Positions 44,073 to 56,036 of a stretch of 64,000 bases of DNA are shown one piece after another. Positions within the stretch are counted from its first letter, which is position 1; each line of letters opens with the position of its first letter. The DNA is taken from contig NZ_PHFJ01000005.1 of assembly GCF_003144535.1 (NCBI RefSeq), positions 1 to 64,000 on the forward strand, read 5' to 3'. The position numbers were made by a program, and so were the translations under genes. The notes beneath the pieces were generated by a model. It had not been told where the DNA came from and ran no database searches. It worked only from the letters and a program-made list of their open reading frames with translations. This DNA comes from Proteus penneri. Its GTDB lineage: Bacteria; Pseudomonadota; Gammaproteobacteria; Enterobacterales; Enterobacteriaceae.

Positions 44073-45359
44073 ATGAGCAAGTCTGAAACGCTTTATAATC
44101 TCGCACAACAAGTGATCCCCGGCGGTGTCAACTCACCTGTTAGAGCATTTAACGGTGTAGGTGGAACCCCTCTTTTTATTGAACGTGCTAATGGTGCGTA
44201 TATTTATGATGCCGATGGACGTGCTTACCTGGACTATGTTGGCTCATGGGGACCAATGGTTTTAGGTCATAATCACCCTGCTATTCGTGATGCTGTTACT
44301 GATGCGGTACAAAAAGGATTAAGTTTTGGCGCACCAACAGCGGCTGAAGTTGAAATGGCAAACCTAGTCACTGAACTGGTACCTTCAATGGATATGGTTC
44401 GCATGGTGAACTCAGGTACCGAAGCGACAATGAGCGCTATTCGCCTTGCTCGTGGTTACACTGGTCGTGACAAAATCATTAAATTCGAAGGTTGCTACCA
44501 CGGTCATGCAGATTGCCTATTAGTAAAAGCGGGGTCTGGTGCATTAACCATGGGCCAACCTAATTCACCGGGCGTACCCGCTGATTTTGTCAAACACACC
44601 TTAACTTGCACTTATAACGATTTAAACTCTGTACGCCAAGCCTTTGAAAACTATCCAGAAGAAGTCGCTTGTATCATTGTTGAACCGGTTGCAGGCAATA
44701 TGAACTGCGTACCACCAAAAGCAGACTTCTTACCGGGTTTACGTGCGTTATGTGATGAGTTTGGTGCATTACTGATTATTGATGAAGTAATGACAGGCTT
44801 TCGCGTGGCATTAGGTGGCGCACAAGCTTATTATGATGTTGATCCTGACTTAACATGCTTAGGTAAAATTATCGGTGGCGGTATGCCTGTAGGTGCATTT
44901 GGTGGACATATGGAAGTGATGTCTAAACTCGCGCCAATTGGCCCTGTTTATCAAGCGGGAACCTTATCAGGCAACCCAATTGCAATGGCAGCAGGTTTAG
45001 CCTGTTTACACGAAGTCTCACAACCGGGTGTTCATCAAACATTAGATGAACTCACAACAATGCTAGCGGATGGTTTACTTGAAAAAGCACAACAAGCGGG
45101 CATTCCAATGGTTATCAACCATGTTGGCGGGATGTTTGGTCTGTTCTTTACAGATGCAAAAGAAGTGACTTGCTATCAAGATGTGATGAACTGCGATGTT
45201 GAACGTTTTAAACAATTCTTCCATTTAATGTTAGAAAAGCGCATCTACCTTGCACCTTCAGCATTTGAAGCCGGCTTTATGTCTATTGCTCATACCAAAG
45301 AAGATATTCAACGCACTATTGATGCAGCGGAATATGCATTTGGAAAAATGAAAGGCTAG
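44073..45359 (+). CDS. hemL: Glutamate-1-semialdehyde 2,1-aminomutase
   Basis: 428 aa. [26 protein letters not shown]… and a PLP-binding Lys region. Confidence 0.95.
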   Translation: MSKSETLYNLAQQVIPGGVNSPVRAFNGVGGTPLFIERANGAYIYDADGRAYLDYVGSWGPMVLGHNHPAIRDAVTDAVQKGLSFGAPTAAEVEMANLVTELVPSMDMVRMVNSGTEATMSAIRLARGYTGRDKIIKFEGCYHGHADCLLVKAGSGALTMGQPNSPGVPADFVKHTLTCTYNDLNSVRQAFENYPEEVACIIVEPVAGNMNCVPPKADFLPGLRALCDEFGALLIIDEVMTGFRVALGGAQAYYDVDPDLTCLGKIIGGGMPVGAFGGHMEVMSKLAPIGPVYQAGTLSGNPIAMAAGLACLHEVSQPGVHQTLDELTTMLADGLLEKAQQAGIPMVINHVGGMFGLFFTDAKEVTCYQDVMNCDVERFKQFFHLMLEKRIYLAPSAFEAGFMSIAHTKEDIQRTIDAAEYAFGKMKG

Positions 45360-45431
45360 TTAGCGCTGTTCAGAGATCAATAAAAACGGCACTCACGTGC
45401 CGTTTTTATTTTAGCTAATCTACGTGATCAC

Positions 45432-47738
45432 TTACTCAGAAAACAGATCTTGTAACCACTTTGGTGCGCCACTTTCATCAGTATCTTGCTGAACAGGTGT
45501 GCACAATCCATCTGGATTTGCTGTCCATACAGGTAAGGTACGAACACCACCACCATAACAAGCAAAGTTACCTTGAGCATCAACAGACATCTCTGCAATA
45601 TCTTCTGGTGCTGGTGGGTTTAATTTCAGCGGTGCCTGATTCTGTAGATAATTACGATAAAGCAACAATGCCCCTGTTGAACCCGTTAAGTTCGTTGGGC
45701 CATTATTATCGCGCCCCATCCATGAAATCGTCACTTCTTTGCCATCAATCCCCGCAAACCAACTATCACGAAGATCGTTTGTCGTGCCCGTTTTACCCGC
45801 AAGATTGTAATTACCAAATTTTGGTTTTAATACACGCCATGCTGTACCCGAATTCACCACTTGTTGCATACCAAATAGCGTCATATAAGCCGCTTGTGGC
45901 GAAACCGTCGTTTCTGCTTGAGGATAACTTTGGTAAAGCACAGTACCATCTTGGGCAATAACAGAACGCAATGATGATAATTTTGCACGATTACCTAAAC
46001 TACCAATTGTTTGGAAAGTTTGAGCGACTTCCATTGGTGTTAAGTTTAATGCACCTAATAGCATCGCAGGCACTTTTTCCAGATTTTCTGCGGGGGCACC
46101 TAAGTTAATCCAAGTTTGGATCACTCGATCTAACCCGACTTCTAAACCCAGATTGACAGTAGGAACATTACGTGAGGTTGCTAATGCATCCACCAACATT
46201 AATTTACCTTTATAACCGCGATCGTAGTTACGAGGTTGCCAAGGTTTGCCCCCTGGAATAGGCACAGAAATAGGTTCATCTGCAAGCCAGGTATTTAAAC
46301 GAAAACGCTCAGGTTCACTTAATGCCGTTAAGTAGGTAGCCGGTTTTGCTAAAGAACCGATTGAGCGACGAGCTGATAATGCACGATTAAAGCCTGCATA
46401 TTGTGGTTGAGAGCCTCCCACTAATGCTCTCACCTCTCCACTTAAGCGATCCACAACAACCATCGCCCCTTCAAGATCGTCAATTTTACGCACTTTACGT
46501 ATATCGGCAACGCCCACTTCAACTGCTTTTTCAGCTGCATCTTGCGAGACAGGATCTAATGTAGTGAAAATTTTTGTACCCGATAAATCTTTTACTTTAT
46601 CGCCCAGGGTTGTTTGTAACTCTTGGCGAACCAATTGCATAAATGCAGGTTGAGGCGTTAACGCTTCACTACGTGGTTTCACACCTAAAGGGCGCGCACT
46701 CAGCACATTGTAAAGCTCTTGATCGATTATCTCTTGGGTTTGCAGTAGTTTTAATACCACATTACGACGCTCTAACGCAGATTTGGGGTTACGCCATGGG
46801 TTATAAGCAGACGCGCCTTTAACCATCCCCACTAAAAGGGCTTGCTGATCAAGGCTTAATTCATCAACGGGACGACCAAAATAGTAAAGGCTCGCTAAAG
46901 GGAAGCCTCGAATTTGTTCATCACCACTTTGCCCTAAAAAAACCTCATTAAGATACAGCTCTAAAATACGATCTTTGCTATAACTCGCATCCATAATGAT
47001 CGCCATATAGGCTTCATTAAGCTTTCTTTTTAACGTTCTTTCGTTAGTCAAAAATAGGTTTTTCACTAACTGTTGCGTTAAGGTACTCCCACCTTGAACC
47101 GCTTTACCGGCAGTAAAGTTTGCTAATACTGCGCGCCCAATCGAATAAAGGCTAATTCCATCATGTTCATAGAAACGGCGATCTTCTGTTGCAATTAATG
47201 TATCCACTAATAATTGTGGAAATTTATCTCTTGCTAAGAATAAGCGTTGTTCACCATTTGCAGATTGCATCATGGTAATTAACTTAGGATCAAGACGGAA
47301 AAAGCCAAATTGACGCTGATTATCCATGTTAGTAATACTAACCAATGAATTCTGCTCAAAGGTTAATTTAGCTAAAATTTGCTCTTCACGACCATCAGGA
47401 AAATCGAAAGGTCGGCGCAACATTTCAATCGTGTTGCCTCTTACCACAAATTCGCCAGGACGAGTGATTTTGTTAACATTGCGGTATTGCATACCTTCGA
47501 GTAAGCTCACCATCTCTTTTTGGCTATAATTCATGCCCGGCTCTAAGTTGACGGTACGTCCGTAAACCGCAGCGGGTAATTCCCAAACATTACCATCAAG
47601 GCGCTCTTTGATTTGAGAATGTAAATAAACCCCATAAATCCCCATTAAAACCGCAACCACAATGGCGATTTTGACAAATAACCAAAACCAAGAACGCCCT
47701 CTTTTGGTTTGTTTCACTGGTCTTTTCTTTCTACTCAT
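45432..47738 (-). CDS. mrcB: Penicillin-binding protein 1B (bifunctional glycosyltransferase/transpeptidase)
   Basis: 768 aa with TM anchor, UB2H domain, GT51 domain (…EDRRFYEHDGISL…) and transpeptidase domain (…SIGSLAKP…KTGTTND…). Confidence 0.9.
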   Translation of the reverse strand: MSRKKRPVKQTKRGRSWFWLFVKIAIVVAVLMGIYGVYLHSQIKERLDGNVWELPAAVYGRTVNLEPGMNYSQKEMVSLLEGMQYRNVNKITRPGEFVVRGNTIEMLRRPFDFPDGREEQILAKLTFEQNSLVSITNMDNQRQFGFFRLDPKLITMMQSANGEQRLFLARDKFPQLLVDTLIATEDRRFYEHDGISLYSIGRAVLANFTAGKAVQGGSTLTQQLVKNLFLTNERTLKRKLNEAYMAIIMDASYSKDRILELYLNEVFLGQSGDEQIRGFPLASLYYFGRPVDELSLDQQALLVGMVKGASAYNPWRNPKSALERRNVVLKLLQTQEIIDQELYNVLSARPLGVKPRSEALTPQPAFMQLVRQELQTTLGDKVKDLSGTKIFTTLDPVSQDAAEKAVEVGVADIRKVRKIDDLEGAMVVVDRLSGEVRALVGGSQPQYAGFNRALSARRSIGSLAKPATYLTALSEPERFRLNTWLADEPISVPIPGGKPWQPRNYDRGYKGKLMLVDALATSRNVPTVNLGLEVGLDRVIQTWINLGAPAENLEKVPAMLLGALNLTPMEVAQTFQTIGSLGNRAKLSSLRSVIAQDGTVLYQSYPQAETTVSPQAAYMTLFGMQQVVNSGTAWRVLKPKFGNYNLAGKTGTTNDLRDSWFAGIDGKEVTISWMGRDNNGPTNLTGSTGALLLYRNYLQNQAPLKLNPPAPEDIAEMSVDAQGNFACYGGGVRTLPVWTANPDGLCTPVQQDTDESGAPKWLQDLFSE

Positions 47739-47866
47739 GAACGCTATCTCTCATAAAAACCCCTTTATCACGGGATAAAGAAGCCTAACATTGTCGCTAT
47801 TTTTCCGTGTGATCCCACAAGAAAGCTCTCAAATAGGGATAATCTACGATAAAAACTTAAATTAAC

Positions 47867-50317
47867 TTATTGGCTATATTTTTTTACTCGTCGAGTCGGT
47901 GCCGTATTCGCCGGATCATCAGGCCATAAATGCTTGGGGTAACGTCCTTTCATCTCTTTTTGCACCTCTTTATAACTTCCAGCCCAAAATGTCGCCAGAT
48001 CTTGTGTTTTTTGGATGGGACGATGGGCTGGTGATAATAATTCCATGACTACAGGCAATTGACCATTCGCAATAATAGGGCTTTGTTGTTCGCCATAAAC
48101 TTCTTGAATGCGGATCGCAATGACTGGCGGTAACTCTAAATCATATTGGATCGCCACTTTTGTCCCTGTTGGTGCTAAATAATGCGTTGGAAATAAACTT
48201 TGTAGTAACTGATTTTCATGCCACGTTAATTGGTTTTTAATAATTGTATTAATATCAATTTGTTGTAATGCTTTTAATGTCTGAACTTCCCCCAATTCAG
48301 GCAAAAGCCATGTTTCTAAAGTTTCAAGTAACACCGTTTCTGCTAAATCAGGTAATAAGGCTTCTGGACACCATTTTTTCGCTAAAGAAAGGCGAATAAA
48401 AAGCTGTTGAGTCTCTTCATTCAGCGCTAAAGCCTTTAAACCGTTATCTCTCAACCAATTCAATAATGCTTGTTGCATTTGTTGCTTATTGGGTTTGTCT
48501 AATTGTCGCTGGCTTAAAGTTAATCGCCCTAATTGACGCTGTTGCCATGCAACTAATGTACCTCGTTTTTCATCCCATTCAACCGTGGTATTATTTTCAA
48601 TAAGATCAGGAAAGATAGCTGATATTTCATCGATATCAATGGGTAGCGCTAATAAAATGCGCACATCGGCATAATGTACATTTTGTAGTAATAACGGCGC
48701 TAAGATCCACTGTGCATTACTCATAGAATGCGCATCATCCATCATGGCACCTTGCCCATTGGCTAAACGAAAACGACCTTGATTATCACGATTTTTAGCA
48801 ATTCTATCAGGAAACCCGACTGCTAATAATGAACCTAATAATTCAGGACAAAAAATCCCTTTCCGATGTTGAGAAAGCTGTTTTTCACGTCGTGTCCAGA
48901 ACATATTTTTTTGTTGAGAAACCCGTTCTAGATTAATTTCCTGCCCTCGTGGAGGCTCTTCTAAGATTGCACATAAGCGTGCTGCCGTCGCAAGATGATT
49001 GTCACTTTGCTCACTCGCATAATCTAAAATCGCGGCTAATCGAGGTTCTATTCCCCATTGCGCCATACGCAAACCACGCGGTGTTAATCCATCTTGCTTA
49101 TCAATAGCGCCTAAACGATACAATAAATCTTTAGCTGCATTCAATGCTTGTGGGGTTGGTGTATCCAACCAACCCAATTGATTAATGTCACGACATCCCC
49201 ACTGCAAGACGGAAAGCCATAACGACGATAAATCACTAGTTAAAATTTCAGGTATTTGGTGAGAAGCAACACGCTCTGCCTGCTCTTGGCTGATTAAATG
49301 CCAGCAAATACCTGCTTCAAGACGCCCAGCTCGCCCAGCTCGTTGTGTTTGTGACGATTGGCTAATCCTTTGACGCACTAAGCTAGTGACACCGCTTCTT
49401 AAATCAAACTGAGCGCGTTTCTCAATAGCACTATCAAGGACTAAGCGAATACCTTCAATAGTCAGACTGGTTTCTGCAATATTGGTAGCAAGTACGATTT
49501 TTCGATAACCTTTTTCAGTCGGTTCAATCGCTTTTTGTTGTTCTGCTAATGAAAGGGCGCCATAAAGTGGAAATAGTAAAATATTGTCATCCACTTTATC
49601 TTTTAGAATATCTGCAACGCGTACTATTTCTGCACTTCCCGGCAAGAATATCAGCATAGAGCCGGTTTCTTGCGCCAATAATCGCAACGCCATTGTGGCA
49701 ATTTCTTGTTCAAAGGGTTGATGCGTATTGATAGGAAAATACACTCTTTCGACGGGATAACTGCGCCCTTGCGCACTGATCATAGGGGCATCAGGTAGTA
49801 GTGAGGTAATTTTTTGATTATCTAAGGTCGCGGACATAATCAAAACACGCAAATCATCGCGTAATCCCATCTGTACATCAAGCAATAGCGCTAGAGCTAA
49901 ATCCGCTTGTAAGCTGCGTTCATGAAATTCATCTAACATTACAAGGCTTACGCCAGTCAACTCTGGATCTTGCTGTAACATGCGGTTTAATACACCTTCT
50001 GTTACCACTTCAAGTCGAGTTTTTGAGCTGACTTTGCTTTCCGCTTTCATACGATAACCTACCGTATTTCCAACTTCCTCATTGAGTTGATTTGCTAAAC
50101 GATAAGCAATACTTTTAGCCGCTATTCTTCTTGGCTCTAATAAAATTATTTTGCCATCAAAGTAATTTTGCTCCAGTAAATAGAGAGGAAGCGCCGTGGA
50201 TTTACCGGCACCTGTAGGTGCATGAAGCAAAACTTGTGGGGATTGTTTTAACGCAGTAACGATTTTTTCTGTTACATCAAAGATTGGCAATAAATGCACA
50301 CAGGCTCCATGACTCAT
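47867..50317 (-). CDS. hrpB: ATP-dependent RNA helicase HrpB (DEAH box)
   Basis: 816 aa with a GAGKST Walker A motif, a DEFHERS motif and a C-terminal HrpB domain. Confidence 0.9.
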   Translation of the reverse strand: MSHGACVHLLPIFDVTEKIVTALKQSPQVLLHAPTGAGKSTALPLYLLEQNYFDGKIILLEPRRIAAKSIAYRLANQLNEEVGNTVGYRMKAESKVSSKTRLEVVTEGVLNRMLQQDPELTGVSLVMLDEFHERSLQADLALALLLDVQMGLRDDLRVLIMSATLDNQKITSLLPDAPMISAQGRSYPVERVYFPINTHQPFEQEIATMALRLLAQETGSMLIFLPGSAEIVRVADILKDKVDDNILLFPLYGALSLAEQQKAIEPTEKGYRKIVLATNIAETSLTIEGIRLVLDSAIEKRAQFDLRSGVTSLVRQRISQSSQTQRAGRAGRLEAGICWHLISQEQAERVASHQIPEILTSDLSSLWLSVLQWGCRDINQLGWLDTPTPQALNAAKDLLYRLGAIDKQDGLTPRGLRMAQWGIEPRLAAILDYASEQSDNHLATAARLCAILEEPPRGQEINLERVSQQKNMFWTRREKQLSQHRKGIFCPELLGSLLAVGFPDRIAKNRDNQGRFRLANGQGAMMDDAHSMSNAQWILAPLLLQNVHYADVRILLALPIDIDEISAIFPDLIENNTTVEWDEKRGTLVAWQQRQLGRLTLSQRQLDKPNKQQMQQALLNWLRDNGLKALALNEETQQLFIRLSLAKKWCPEALLPDLAETVLLETLETWLLPELGEVQTLKALQQIDINTIIKNQLTWHENQLLQSLFPTHYLAPTGTKVAIQYDLELPPVIAIRIQEVYGEQQSPIIANGQLPVVMELLSPAHRPIQKTQDLATFWAGSYKEVQKEMKGRYPKHLWPDDPANTAPTRRVKKYSQ

Positions 50318-50384
50318 TAACTTTCTCGGCTTGGCATTGTAGCATTAGCGCTTTATTAAAGGTCATATTTTCATCGGAGTGATC

Positions 50385-51095
50385 ATGAAATTTGAGCAAC
50401 CGCTACAATCTGCCACTTTACTAAAACGATATAAGCGTTTTTTAGCAGACGTTGTTACCCCTAATGGGGAAGAATTCACGCTCCATTGTGCCAACACAGG
50501 TGCAATGACGGGATGTGCGACACCGGGTGATACTGTTTGGTACTCCACCTCTTTGAATGCAAAAAGAAAATATCCGCACAGCTGGGAACTGACTCAAACT
50601 CAAACCGATGATTGGATTTGTGTAAATACCTTAAGAGCGAATGGGATTATTGCTAATGCGATTGAGGCGGGTGACATTCCAGAATTATCTGAGTATGACG
50701 AGATAAAACGAGAAGTGAAATACGGTAGTGAGAATAGCCGTATTGATATTTTACTTAAATCAAATCATAAAGTTGACTGTTATATTGAAGTGAAGTCAGT
50801 CACTTTGCTCGACAACGGTATGGGTTATTTCCCTGATGCAAAAACAGAACGTGGTCAGAAACATCTTCGAGAGTTGACCGCTATCGCAAAATTGGGTTTA
50901 AGGGCTGTCTTATTCTACGCAGTTCCCCATACTGGCATTACGGAAGTGACTGTTGCTAAAGAGATTGATCCTAACTATGCTTCACTACTAAAAGAAGCAT
51001 GTGATGCAGGGGTTGAAATCTTGTGTTATCGCATCAATATTAGTGAATACAATTTAACAATTGGACAGCAATTACCTTTTATTTCAAATGGTTAA
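50385..51095 (+). CDS. sfsA: Sugar fermentation stimulation protein A
   Basis: [23 protein letters not shown]… Start at ATG 50385 with GGAG 5 nt upstream. Confidence 0.85.
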   Translation: MKFEQPLQSATLLKRYKRFLADVVTPNGEEFTLHCANTGAMTGCATPGDTVWYSTSLNAKRKYPHSWELTQTQTDDWICVNTLRANGIIANAIEAGDIPELSEYDEIKREVKYGSENSRIDILLKSNHKVDCYIEVKSVTLLDNGMGYFPDAKTERGQKHLRELTAIAKLGLRAVLFYAVPHTGITEVTVAKEIDPNYASLLKEACDAGVEILCYRINISEYNLTIGQQLPFISNG

Positions 51096-51291
51096 TTGAA
51101 ATCCATGGTGTTAGTTAATCATTTTTTAACTAAAAAGGGATATTTACTTGCGTACCTTCACACCATGAGAAAACTTATTAAAGGAATAATTGCTATCCTC
51201 GCGGGCATCTGCTATTTATAGCGCCCTATTTTTTCCCCTTCCTGTTTTTAAGGTGGGGATTATTCAGAAATGCGTATGTAGGAGAAGCATT

Positions 51292-51747
51292 ATGCAAGAA
51301 GGGCAAAAGCGTAAAACATCGTCCATGAGCATTCTCGCTATTGCTGGCGTTGAGCCATATCAGGAAAAAGCGGGCGAAGAGTACATGAACGAAGCCCAAT
51401 TAGCGCATTTTAAGCTAATACTTGAATCTTGGCGCAATCAGCTCAGGGATGAAGTCAACCGCACCGTTACTCATATGCAAGATGAGGCGGCAAACTTCCC
51501 TGATCCCGTTGACCGAGCTGCACAAGAAGAAGAATTCAGTCTTGAGCTGCGTAACCGTGATCGTGAACGTAAACTCATTAAGAAAATCGAGAAAACACTG
51601 AAAAAAGTCGAAGATGATGACTTTGGTTTCTGTGAATCTTGTGGAGTAGAAATCGGCATTCGCCGTTTAGAAGCTCGCCCTACAGCCGATTTATGTATCG
51701 ACTGTAAAACCTTAGCTGAAATCCGTGAAAAGCAGATGGCTGGCTAA
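51292..51747 (+). CDS. dksA: RNA polymerase-binding transcription factor DksA
   Basis: [51 protein letters not shown]… is essentially identical to E. coli DksA. It has a C4 zinc finger (CESCGVEIG…CIDC). Start at 51292 with GGAG upstream. Confidence 0.96.
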   Translation: MQEGQKRKTSSMSILAIAGVEPYQEKAGEEYMNEAQLAHFKLILESWRNQLRDEVNRTVTHMQDEAANFPDPVDRAAQEEEFSLELRNRDRERKLIKKIEKTLKKVEDDDFGFCESCGVEIGIRRLEARPTADLCIDCKTLAEIREKQMAG

Positions 51748-51800
51748 TAATGAGCAAACGCCTCAACCTAATACGTTGAGGCGTTAATCTGAATCTTTCG

Positions 51801-52712
51801 ATGCACGAGATTACAGACTATATTGGGCGCTTTGCGCCATCGCCAACGGGTCGACTTCATTTTGGCTCATTGGTTACTGCACTTGGCAGTTATCTTCAAG
51901 CTCGTGCACACCACGGGCGTTGGCTTCTACGCATTGATGATATCGACCCTCTTAGAGAACCTCCTGGTACTGCACTCCAAATTATTCGCACATTAGAACA
52001 TTATGGTTTGTTCTGGGATGAAGAGATCCTCTATCAATCGCAACGCCATGATGCTTACCGTGAAATTTTACACACCCTTTGGAAAGAAGGTGTTTGCTAC
52101 CACTGTCATTGTAGCCGTCATCGTTTACATGACTTAGGGGGCGTGTATGATAACCACTGCCGTCATCGCGAACCGCTAACGAATAATGTTACACCTTTCG
52201 ATAAAGAGAGTGCATGGAGATTAATCCAACAGCATCCCGTTTATCATTTTGAAGATAGCATTCAAGGTACATATTATTCAAAGAGTACGTCTATCGTATT
52301 AGAAGATATGATTATTCACAGAAAAGGTAACTTATTTGCGTATAATCTAGTAACAGTGATTGATGATAGTTATCAGGGTGTAACAGAAGTTGTTAGAGGT
52401 GCCGATCTACTTGATCCCACATTGCGACAAATCAGTTTACATAAACAACTGAATTTACCTATTCCGCGTTATGCTCATTTACCTTTAGTAATAAATCATG
52501 ATGGTAATAAATTATCAAAACAAAATCACGCGAATGCGTTACCAGATACTGATCCAAGACCGGTCATTATCGATGCTTTACGGTTTCTTAATCAGCCCAT
52601 TATTGCAGGTTGGCAAGATTATTCGTTAACATCATTGCTAGAGATTGCGATAGCACAGTGGTCACCTTCTGAGATTTTAAAACAAAATTATCAGCAACAA
52701 AGGTATGAATAA
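51801..52712 (+). CDS. gluQ: Glutamyl-Q tRNA(Asp) synthetase
   Basis: 303 aa with a truncated GluRS catalytic domain (…GRFAPSPTGRLHFGSL…). Located after dksA as in E. coli. Confidence 0.85.
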   Translation: MHEITDYIGRFAPSPTGRLHFGSLVTALGSYLQARAHHGRWLLRIDDIDPLREPPGTALQIIRTLEHYGLFWDEEILYQSQRHDAYREILHTLWKEGVCYHCHCSRHRLHDLGGVYDNHCRHREPLTNNVTPFDKESAWRLIQQHPVYHFEDSIQGTYYSKSTSIVLEDMIIHRKGNLFAYNLVTVIDDSYQGVTEVVRGADLLDPTLRQISLHKQLNLPIPRYAHLPLVINHDGNKLSKQNHANALPDTDPRPVIIDALRFLNQPIIAGWQDYSLTSLLEIAIAQWSPSEILKQNYQQQRYE

Positions 52713-52803
52713 ACCACACAAAGCATTCTCAAAAAATGTTCAGTAGGCTATGATTAGCCGCTTAATTTTTTTAATTATTAGAATTTATTATTCGAGGTGT
52801 CAT

Positions 52804-54357
52804 ATTTTTAATCGAGTAGCACATTTCTGCCGTAATCTGCTAGGGCGACAAACACCGTCATCAGACACACAACCGGTAGCAAGTGAAAGGCCTGTCACTG
52901 CATCTGACCGACCAAAACAAGAAACACAGAAACCTGTGCGTCGGCGTCCTGCTATATCCGCAGACCGTCCCCGTAAGAAAAAGAGTAACAAAGAAAAGGC
53001 GAACGGGAGTGATTTGCCAATGACTGTGATCCCAAGAGATCAACACCCAATTTCACGTAAAGACATCAGTGATAATGCCTTAAAAGTACTTTATCGACTA
53101 AATAACTCTGGCTTTCAGGCTTATTTAGTGGGAGGTGGTGTCCGTGACTTATTACTGGGAAAAAAACCAAAAGATTTTGATATTGCCACAAATGCAACGC
53201 CTGAAGATGTACGTCGATTATTCCGCAACAGTCGTTTAGTCGGTCGTCGTTTCCGTCTTGCTCATATTATGTTTGGCCCCGAAGTGATTGAAGTTGCGAC
53301 TTTCCGTGGTTCTCATGAAGATCATGAAGTTTCAGACAACAACCAATCCCAGCAAGCACAAAGTGGCATGTTACTGCGCGACAATATTTTTGGTTCAATT
53401 GAAGAAGATGCCATTCGTCGTGACTTTACATTAAACAGTCTCTATTACGGCGTTGATGATTTTGCTGTACGTGATTACGTTGGCGGTTTAGCGGATCTGA
53501 AAGCTGGTATTATTCGTTTAATAGGCGATCCTGAAACGCGCTATCGCGAAGATCCTGTCAGAATGCTTAGAGCAATTCGCTTTGCCAGCAAATTGGATAT
53601 GCAAATTGCACCAGAAACGGCAGAGCCTATTAGCAGATTAGCCCCTTTATTACGTAATATTCCATCGGCTCGTCTTTTTGAAGAGTCGCTAAAATTATTA
53701 CAAACAGGGCAAGGCTACAAAACTTACAAGTTAATGTGCCGTCATCAATTACTTGAACCACTGTTTCCGCTAATTGCTTCTAAAATGACAGAGCAACATG
53801 ATACGCCGATGGAGAGAATGATAGATCAAATTCTCAAAAATACGGACTACCGCATCAATAAAGAGATGCGAGTCAATCCGGCGTTCTTATTTGCGGCGAT
53901 GTTGTGGTATCCATTAATTGAACATGCCGAAAAATTAGTCCAAGAAAGTGGTCTTTCTTACTATGACTCTTTCTCTATGGCGATGAACGATATTTTAGAT
54001 GAGCAATGTCGTACTATTGCGATACCCAAACGCATTACCACAACCATGCGTGATATCTGGCTATTGCAACAACGTTTACCGAAACGCCAAGGTCGTCGAG
54101 CGAATAAATTACTTGAGCACCCTAAATTCCGTGCCGCATTCGATTTACTGGAATTACGTGCCAATGTACAACGCAATCCAGATCTTGAAGCGTTAGCAAG
54201 TTGGTGGGCTGATTTCCAAGCATCTAACAATACACAACAACGCTCAATGGTCTCTGAATTAGGTCAAGCGCCGGTTCGTAGACGTCCACGTCCACGTAAA
54301 CGCCCTCGCCATCCAAGTGCAAAACCTGCATCCAGACAAGAGAACACCCATGAATAA
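52804..54357 (+). CDS. pcnB: Poly(A) polymerase I, with a probable non-AUG (AUU) start codon
   Basis: Homology to E. coli PcnB begins at [13 protein letters not shown]…, against E. coli M/I-FTRVANFCRKVL…. The ATT at 52804 has GAGG 7 nt upstream. E. coli pcnB is known to start at AUU. The ORF-track ATG at 52750 would add 18 residues with no homology. Confidence 0.75.
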   Translation: MFNRVAHFCRNLLGRQTPSSDTQPVASERPVTASDRPKQETQKPVRRRPAISADRPRKKKSNKEKANGSDLPMTVIPRDQHPISRKDISDNALKVLYRLNNSGFQAYLVGGGVRDLLLGKKPKDFDIATNATPEDVRRLFRNSRLVGRRFRLAHIMFGPEVIEVATFRGSHEDHEVSDNNQSQQAQSGMLLRDNIFGSIEEDAIRRDFTLNSLYYGVDDFAVRDYVGGLADLKAGIIRLIGDPETRYREDPVRMLRAIRFASKLDMQIAPETAEPISRLAPLLRNIPSARLFEESLKLLQTGQGYKTYKLMCRHQLLEPLFPLIASKMTEQHDTPMERMIDQILKNTDYRINKEMRVNPAFLFAAMLWYPLIEHAEKLVQESGLSYYDSFSMAMNDILDEQCRTIAIPKRITTTMRDIWLLQQRLPKRQGRRANKLLEHPKFRAAFDLLELRANVQRNPDLEALASWWADFQASNNTQQRSMVSELGQAPVRRRPRPRKRPRHPSAKPASRQENTHE

Positions 54358-54844
54358 GCAGAAAAAACGTGTTTATATCATCTTGGGAAGTAATTTGGAT
54401 TCACCTGAAAATCAGGTGAATTCAGCGATTAAGGCAATTAGTGAGATCCCACAAACAACATTAATTGCACAATCATCTTGGTATCGTACTCGCCCTATGG
54501 GACCACAAGATCAACCTGATTACCTTAATGTCGCTGTTGTGGTTGATACAACATTAGCCCCCGAAGAGTTGCTTAATAACACTCAAGCAATTGAATTAGC
54601 ACAAGGTCGCGTCAGAAAAGAAGGCAATCGTTGGGGGCCGAGAACGCTTGATATTGATATTATGTTATTTGGTGATGATGTGATCCAAACCGAGCGATTA
54701 ACGGTACCTCATTACGGACTTAAAGTCCGCGAATTTATGCTTTATCCATTAGCGGAATTAGCCCCCGAACTTCGTTTTCCTGATGGTGAGTTATTAGCAG
54801 ATAGATTGGCGTTAGTGCCTGAAAATGGCATGGAAAAGTGGTAA
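54350..54844 (+). CDS. folK: 2-amino-4-hydroxy-6-hydroxymethyldihydropteridine pyrophosphokinase
   Basis: [23 protein letters not shown]…[15 protein letters not shown]…TVPHY… Start overlaps the pcnB end by 8 nt. Confidence 0.85.
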   Translation: MNKQKKRVYIILGSNLDSPENQVNSAIKAISEIPQTTLIAQSSWYRTRPMGPQDQPDYLNVAVVVDTTLAPEELLNNTQAIELAQGRVRKEGNRWGPRTLDIDIMLFGDDVIQTERLTVPHYGLKVREFMLYPLAELAPELRFPDGELLADRLALVPENGMEKW

Positions 54845-55201
54845 TTTCACGCTAATACGTCCTTAATGCTAAAGGTTGATACCGTAAAAATAGACACTGT
54901 ATCAGCCTATCTCTTCTCTTTTGCTTTCCCTCAATTTTTCAAATTCAGCTCTTCTTCTCTATTTTTGAATTCTTTTATATTTATTTTTACATATAACAAA
55001 CTGATAAATATAAATAAAAATCATCATTTATTATTTTTCATTACTCATTTAATTACTTTTTCTTCGTTTTTAGTCCTTAAATGCTACAATCGAAAGCGGC
55101 TTTATTTTGATAATCTAATATTTTCTTTAATAAACAAATGATTATGTGAAGTAATTAATTTTATCTACACACCAAAAACGACACTGATGGAGTTTTTTAC
55201 A

Positions 55202-55993
55202 ATGAAACCCACTACGCTTTCAACGCTAAACCGCTATAAGCAAGAAAAGAAAAAATTCGCCACACTCACTGCTTATGATGCAAGTTTTGCTCACCTTTTT
55301 GCACAAGAAGGTATTCAAGCCATGTTGATTGGTGATTCCTTAGGAATGACACTACAAGGTCATAACAGCACCTTACCCGTTACTGTTGAGCAAATTGCCT
55401 ATCACACTCGTTGCGTAAGAGCTGGTGCGCCTAATGCCTTTTTAATTGCAGATATGCCCTTTATGTCTTATTCAACACCTGAGCAAGCTTGCCTTAATGC
55501 CGGCATTTTGATGCAAGCAGGGGCGAATATGGTAAAGATTGAAGGGGGTAGCTGGTTAATACCGACAGTAAAAATGCTGACCGAACGTGCTGTTCCAGTC
55601 TGTATTCATTTAGGATTAACACCACAATCCGTTAATGTTTTTGGTGGCTATAAAGTTCAAGGCAGAGAACTAGCAGCCGCAGAACAATTAAAACAAGATG
55701 CCATGTCACTTGAAAAGGCAGGTGCGCAACTGGCTGTTTTAGAATGTGTTCCCGTGGCTCTTGCAAAAGCGATTACAGACGCGCTAACGATGCCTGTTAT
55801 TGGTATTGGTGCGGGAAATGTTACTGATGGCCAAATTCTCGTTATGCATGATTTATTAGGATTAACGCCACAGCCTCCAAAATTCTCTAAAAACTTCTTG
55901 CAAGAAGCAGGCTCTTTGCAAGGCGCCGTTAGCCTGTATGTTCAGCAAGTAGAGCAAGGCCTATTTCCACAAGAACAACATACATTTAACTGA
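55202..55993 (+). CDS. panB: 3-methyl-2-oxobutanoate hydroxymethyltransferase
   Basis: [33 protein letters not shown]… Start at 55202 with GGAG upstream. Confidence 0.92.
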   Translation: MKPTTLSTLNRYKQEKKKFATLTAYDASFAHLFAQEGIQAMLIGDSLGMTLQGHNSTLPVTVEQIAYHTRCVRAGAPNAFLIADMPFMSYSTPEQACLNAGILMQAGANMVKIEGGSWLIPTVKMLTERAVPVCIHLGLTPQSVNVFGGYKVQGRELAAAEQLKQDAMSLEKAGAQLAVLECVPVALAKAITDALTMPVIGIGAGNVTDGQILVMHDLLGLTPQPPKFSKNFLQEAGSLQGAVSLYVQQVEQGLFPQEQHTFN

Positions 55994-56036
55994 TTTATTA
56001 TCTTAATTTATAAACATCGTTTAAAGGAGTCACGCC

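Noticed and set aside
54866-55141. 91-aa ORF between folK and panB
   Set aside because: Low-complexity Phe/Leu/Ile/Asn-rich translation of an AT-rich promoter region.
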